38,603 nt of DNA from a virus (lineage: Duplodnaviria > Caudoviricetes). Location: IMG/VR virus record IMGVR_UViG_3300016643_000202, positions 1-38,603 of that record. One strand, written 5' to 3'. A model generated the notes under the pieces. It was not told where the DNA came from, searched no databases, and worked only from the letters and a program-made list of their open reading frames with translations. The translations under genes and the position numbers were made by a program. This document shows positions 35,040 through 38,603 of the stretch, in pieces (the stretch's first letter is position 1; each line of letters begins with the position of its first letter).

Positions 35040-35504
35040 TTACCCGATCGTTATATCTTCCATACCAGCCGTTCTCAGGCGAACAATGTGACCTAATTGC
35101 CACTGCTTGCTGTCAATGCCCTTTAAAATACCTAACCATTTGTTCCTCAATAATGCCACTTCGTTGATGATAGTTTCGAAATCGATGACCTCGTCTTCAC
35201 CATCGACATATTTCTCAGCATCACGGCTTGTGAGTTGCCTGTTATAAGCTTCTAGGTATTTTTGGAAATACTTGCGCCGTATCTTACGCAGTTGGATATT
35301 GAGATAGTTCAATACCGCCTCTATCTCTTGTAACTGATTGAATCTATGTTCAGTAACACCAGGGAGTGCGGCAATGTTTTTTTCTACATTGCCGTAAACC
35401 CTCACATCGTGTTTAGCCCTATCTAGTTCTTGCTCATAAAAATTTATGAAGTCAGGAATACTAGATAGGTCAGTACTGATCCTTGTGTACCAGCTTATTG
35501 CCAT
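35040..35504 (-). CDS. uvsY: Recombination mediator UvsY-like protein
   Basis: Helical protein with Y...L.SRDAEKYVDGE..K..DSKQWQL..IV.LR.AG pattern; near uvsX. Confidence 0.75.
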   Translation of the reverse strand: MAISWYTRISTDLSSIPDFINFYEQELDRAKHDVRVYGNVEKNIAALPGVTEHRFNQLQEIEAVLNYLNIQLRKIRRKYFQKYLEAYNRQLTSRDAEKYVDGEDEVIDFETIINEVALLRNKWLGILKGIDSKQWQLGHIVRLRTAGMEDITIG

Positions 35505-35755
35505 TCGTCAAGATCGTCAGTAAGATTATCAAAATCTTCATCATTCCAATCATCGTACTCTTCTACTTGATCAGCATGTGATTTCAAAGCACTGATGATG
35601 TCTTTATCTCCGGAAAATGCTTGCTTGATCTCACTGGCTTCGTAATCATTATCAATCAATAGATTGATCAAATCCTCTGCTGCCAATGTTCTCTCGCTAG
35701 GATCTAGATGAAATCTCAAGCATTCCCACACTTCAGAAATAAAATTCAAACTCAT
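35495..35755 (-). CDS. Hypothetical acidic protein
   Basis: 86 aa between uvsX and uvsY; GGAGG SD; D/E-rich tail. Confidence 0.75.
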   Translation of the reverse strand: MSLNFISEVWECLRFHLDPSERTLAAEDLINLLIDNDYEASEIKQAFSGDKDIISALKSHADQVEEYDDWNDEDFDNLTDDLDEWQ

Positions 35756-36822
35756 TCTGTTACCTCCTCCTCGTTAGGTGTAACAGTACTTAGCTTGAAA
35801 CGATGCTTTTTCTGGAATTCTGTCATGACTTTATCCAAGCATCCATTCTCATTCGTTTCCCAACCTTTACGGAAGAATTTAAGGATTTCCCCATCTTCGG
35901 TTGTGTATGCAAGTCGATTTCCCTCTTTGTTGAGAACACCTTGCTTCTCAAACAAATCTAACAATCCTGAATAGGGATTCATGCCTGTAGAATAAGGAAT
36001 CTTGACTTGAACGCTTTCGAAAGGCTTGCTGTATCGTGTTTTCATGACCTTGCATGCGCTACGGATGCCAAGCACATCGGTGACTTTGTTGCCATCCTCG
36101 TCTTCTTTGAGTTTAAGTTTCTTCATGGCGACTACGATGCTTGAAGCATAGATGAATCCTTGACCGCCCGAAATCTTGTCATCAGGATCAAACATGTCTT
36201 GGCTAGCATATGTGTGATTTGTCGCTACCAATCCAACATTATGACTACCGAACATGTTAACGCAATTACGGACAAGTGCTGTCAATGCCTTAGGCTTGCG
36301 ACCCATGTCACCCTTCATGTCACCCGCTTCAAATTGATTCACATCAGTTGGAGTCAACAACATACCAAGACTGTCGATGATGAACAATACTTTAGGTTTA
36401 TCCTCGGAAGGCATAGCCTTATAATCGATCATGAATTTGCTAACAGTTTTGGCGACATCATCGATCATTGCCATGTTGAGTTTCAGTAATTTTTCTTCGC
36501 TGGTATCAACGCCAAGATTGTGTAGCCAGTCTTCATCTAGTGCATTTTCCGAATCGATTAAAACAACAAAAATTCCTTGGGCTTGAGCATGCCTTACCAG
36601 ATTCCCGGAACAGATGTATGATTTTCCCGATCCACTTTCTCCGGCAAAGACAGTAACTTTACCAAGAGGTACGCCTTTATTAAAGTCACCACTAATGAGG
36701 TAATTGAGAGCATAGTTTCCTGTACTAATCCAATCTGTGGGGTCATTGAATCCAATGCTTAATCCATCGATTGACTTAGTAATCTCCTTTCTAAATTTGC
36801 TGACATCAAAAGGTTTCACCAT
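35752..36822 (-). CDS. uvsX: RecA-family recombinase (UvsX)
   Basis: GESGSGKS, DSENA, IIDSLG, TNHTY, SGGQG..YASS, KTR. Confidence 0.95.
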   Translation of the reverse strand: MVKPFDVSKFRKEITKSIDGLSIGFNDPTDWISTGNYALNYLISGDFNKGVPLGKVTVFAGESGSGKSYICSGNLVRHAQAQGIFVVLIDSENALDEDWLHNLGVDTSEEKLLKLNMAMIDDVAKTVSKFMIDYKAMPSEDKPKVLFIIDSLGMLLTPTDVNQFEAGDMKGDMGRKPKALTALVRNCVNMFGSHNVGLVATNHTYASQDMFDPDDKISGGQGFIYASSIVVAMKKLKLKEDEDGNKVTDVLGIRSACKVMKTRYSKPFESVQVKIPYSTGMNPYSGLLDLFEKQGVLNKEGNRLAYTTEDGEILKFFRKGWETNENGCLDKVMTEFQKKHRFKLSTVTPNEEEVTE

Positions 36823-36823
36823 A

Positions 36824-37015
36824 TCAACTATCCAGTTCCTTTGAGTTGTACTCTTTGATCAATTGGATAAGTTCTTCTTCGGTATTACATACTACCTTTG
36901 ATGTGGCCCAATCATCTTTTTTGTTTCTCCCCGGTACTTCTAACATGAAACCATTTTCATAACGGTTTAATGTGATACTATCCGAGACTTTTGCTAATTT
37001 GTCAAGTTTTTTCAT
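36824..37015 (-). CDS. Hypothetical protein
   Basis: 63 aa; GAGG SD; within operon. Confidence 0.7.
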   Translation of the reverse strand: MKKLDKLAKVSDSITLNRYENGFMLEVPGRNKKDDWATSKVVCNTEEELIQLIKEYNSKELDS

Positions 37016-37025
37016 TTTGTTTTCC

Positions 37026-37256
37026 TCACATTATTCTATTATACATTCTATCATTAAATGAAACTTTGTCAAGCAGATCAGGACAGGTATCTGCTATTTT
37101 TTCTAGTTCGTATTCATTTGGGTAATGCCTCAAGGCTGCCCTTGCCCTATCACGGATCATGCTAGGAACCCTTGGCGTCTTGCCCGGATCACATAATTCT
37201 TCTAGTAATCTTTTGCCTTGTTTGAGGGCGCGGTATCTTTCATCAGGTAGTGTCAT
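37026..37256 (-). CDS. Small protein (BPSL0761-like family)
   Basis: MTLPDERYRA...PRVP..IR.RA...LRHYP pattern; AGGAG SD. Confidence 0.6.
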   Translation of the reverse strand: MTLPDERYRALKQGKRLLEELCDPGKTPRVPSMIRDRARAALRHYPNEYELEKIADTCPDLLDKVSFNDRMYNRIM

Positions 37257-37272
37257 GGTTATTCTCCTAGAA

Positions 37273-37288
37273 GGGGGCTAATGCCCCC
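37273..37288 (-). terminator. Hairpin after ssb (weak terminator or mRNA stabiliser)
   Basis: GGGGGC-ATTA-GCCCCC followed by only TTCT. Confidence 0.5.
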
Positions 37289-37296
37289 GTCCCCTC

Positions 37297-38280
37297 TTAA
37301 GACTTGTTCTGTCTTGCACGGATCATGGCTAAGATGTCCTGTGCTTTATCGCTTGAAGTTGCTTTGGGGACCTCGACAGGTCGCGAAGAAGTTGCTGGCT
37401 CATCCTCATCCCAAGGAATAGAAGCTTCTTGGGCGACTGGCTTGCTTGGTACGGTCTCAACGACTTCACTAGCAACACCTGAGGGAGCATCTAATCCATA
37501 TGGACGATAGTACGCACCCCACTTGTCATTGTCATATGGGCGACCATCAACACTTGCCTCGAACATCTCTTTGATCACGCGGAGTTCTGCTTCGCTTGGC
37601 TTCTTGGGCAAGAAGTCTGCGAGATTGAATAGGCCGTGTGCTTCAAGAGCCGCTTGCTCTACCTCAGTCAATGCACTTTCTTTTCGTGCCCAGTTGCTAG
37701 TAGAATAGTCAGCATACCCACCTTTGCTAGTCTTTTTGATGTTGAAATCAAGACCGCGCATGTAGTCGGTTGGAAGTTCTTCCATCTCGGGATCCATCAA
37801 ACTTGACTTGATGATTGTAAAGATTTGTGGACTGATGACGAAACGACGGATAGGATTTGGGGGAGTTTTGTCTTCTCCGATGGGGTTCTGGCGAACGAAA
37901 CCTTGGAAAAGATAACTACGCTTTTTCCAGTATTTGTTTGCTAGTTCTTTTAAAGATTCATCCTTGTACCAAGGACGAACTTCTGCCAATACAGGGCAAT
38001 TGTCACCAAACATCTCTACGCAAGGTACTTGAACTACCACTTGCTTGACATTTGGATCACCTTTTACTCCATTGAATGGAAGCTTGATGATTTGACGCTC
38101 TACCCAGAAAAAAGTATTCTTGCTATCTTGATCTGGAAGGAAACGAACAGTTGCGATTGAACCTTCGTCCATGTTCCAATGGGGATAGATTGCGTTATCT
38201 GATGATGCGCCTGAGGCGCCTTTTTGTGATTTGTTTTCTTGTGCCGCGATACGGGCACGGATCTCTGCTAGACTTGCCAT
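37297..38280 (-). CDS. gp32: Single-stranded DNA-binding protein (T4 gp32-like)
   Basis: VRFLPD, C......CPV, YWKKRSY, G.DF.IKK..KGGYADYS.S.W; acidic C-terminal region; upstream of uvsX/uvsY. Confidence 0.85.
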   Translation of the reverse strand: MASLAEIRARIAAQENKSQKGASGASSDNAIYPHWNMDEGSIATVRFLPDQDSKNTFFWVERQIIKLPFNGVKGDPNVKQVVVQVPCVEMFGDNCPVLAEVRPWYKDESLKELANKYWKKRSYLFQGFVRQNPIGEDKTPPNPIRRFVISPQIFTIIKSSLMDPEMEELPTDYMRGLDFNIKKTSKGGYADYSTSNWARKESALTEVEQAALEAHGLFNLADFLPKKPSEAELRVIKEMFEASVDGRPYDNDKWGAYYRPYGLDAPSGVASEVVETVPSKPVAQEASIPWDEDEPATSSRPVEVPKATSSDKAQDILAMIRARQNKS

Positions 38281-38286
38281 TTGTTT

Positions 38287-38360
38287 TCTCCTTTTAAAAA
38301 TGTGCCTAAGTTGAGCCTGTTTAAGTAAAATATGTCGTTGTCAAGGAGACAACTAACATA
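38287..38360 (-). promoter_or_regulatory. Structured ssb leader with anti-SD hairpin loop
   Basis: UAUGUU-A-GUUGUC-UCCUU-GACAAC-GACAUA hairpin (38360-38331); UCUCCUU complementary to SD AAGGAGA (38293-38287). Confidence 0.6.
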
Positions 38361-38366
38361 CTATCA

Positions 38367-38405
38367 AGTATAAACTACTTTTCAAGTATGTCAAGAGTAT
38401 TTATC
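38367..38405 (-). promoter_or_regulatory. Tandem late box (38398-38405) and sigma70-type promoter (38367-38394) for ssb operon
   Basis: GATAAATA-CTC-TTGACA-N16-TATACT. Confidence 0.7.
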
Positions 38406-38416
38406 CCAGATATGGG

Positions 38417-38443
38417 AAACCTCACTTTTTTGTGAGGTTTTTT
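38417..38443. terminator. Hairpin/terminator
   Basis: AAACCTCAC-TTTTTT-GTGAGGTTT; longer T-tract on the plus strand; lies after the stop of the upstream minus-strand gene. Confidence 0.65.
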
Positions 38444-38449
38444 GTGATT

Positions 38450-38602
38450 TTATTTTCCCATTAATCGTTTGATTTCGTCTAACGGATCCACGCTTTCATT
38501 AGCACCAACCAATTTGCCAATGTTATTGTTTCTAACCTTTTCAGTTGGGCCCAATTGTCCCACACGCTTTTGGTTAGCATCTAGGTCTTCCGCCACACCT
38601 TG
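38450..38602 (-). CDS. 3' end of a gene entering from outside the window (possible head-internal protein)
   Basis: Open frame QGVAEDLDANQKRVGQLGPTEK...NESVDPLDEIKRLMGK*. Confidence 0.7.
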   Translation of the reverse strand, partial: QGVAEDLDANQKRVGQLGPTEKVRNNNIGKLVGANESVDPLDEIKRLMGK

Positions 38603-38603
38603 C

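Noticed and set aside
1-38603. Alternative genetic code or stop-codon reassignment
   Set aside because: Genes are full length and tightly packed under the standard bacterial code, and TAA, TGA and TAG are all used as stops

Overview
AT-rich segment of a large tailed phage genome distantly related to T4-like myoviruses. The left half (1-21 kb) is a late/virion region. It holds gp14-like neck and gp15-like tail-completion proteins, a NUDIX hydrolase, fibre proteins and probable head-internal proteins. Interleaved are an NDP-sugar epimerase, a sugar C-methyltransferase, two paralogous glycosyltransferase-like genes, an SGNH-like protein, iscA and a PD-(D/E)XK exonuclease. The right half (21-38.6 kb, almost all minus strand) is a replication/recombination region: gp41 helicase, gp61 primase, a 193-aa miniature DnaE (Pol III alpha) core next to a DEDDh exonuclease, radical SAM and PhyH-type enzymes, four small paralogues, a gp62-like clamp-loader subunit, UvsW, an AAA+ ATPase, UvsY, UvsX and gp32 SSB. 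Two promoter classes can be read directly: sigma70-type TTGACA-N17-TATAAT (three copies share TTGACAATAAAT) and T4-late-like NNTAAATA boxes. Many transcripts appear leaderless, and several leaders are structured. The most notable items are the thumb-less mini-DnaE, a late-expressed sugar-modification module flanking the fibre genes, and RNA-level control elements (late-only translation hairpins, an anti-SD hairpin loop upstream of gp32, a three-hairpin leader). No tRNA, rRNA, CRISPR array or mobile element was recognised. All functional calls come from motif recognition by eye; no searches were run.
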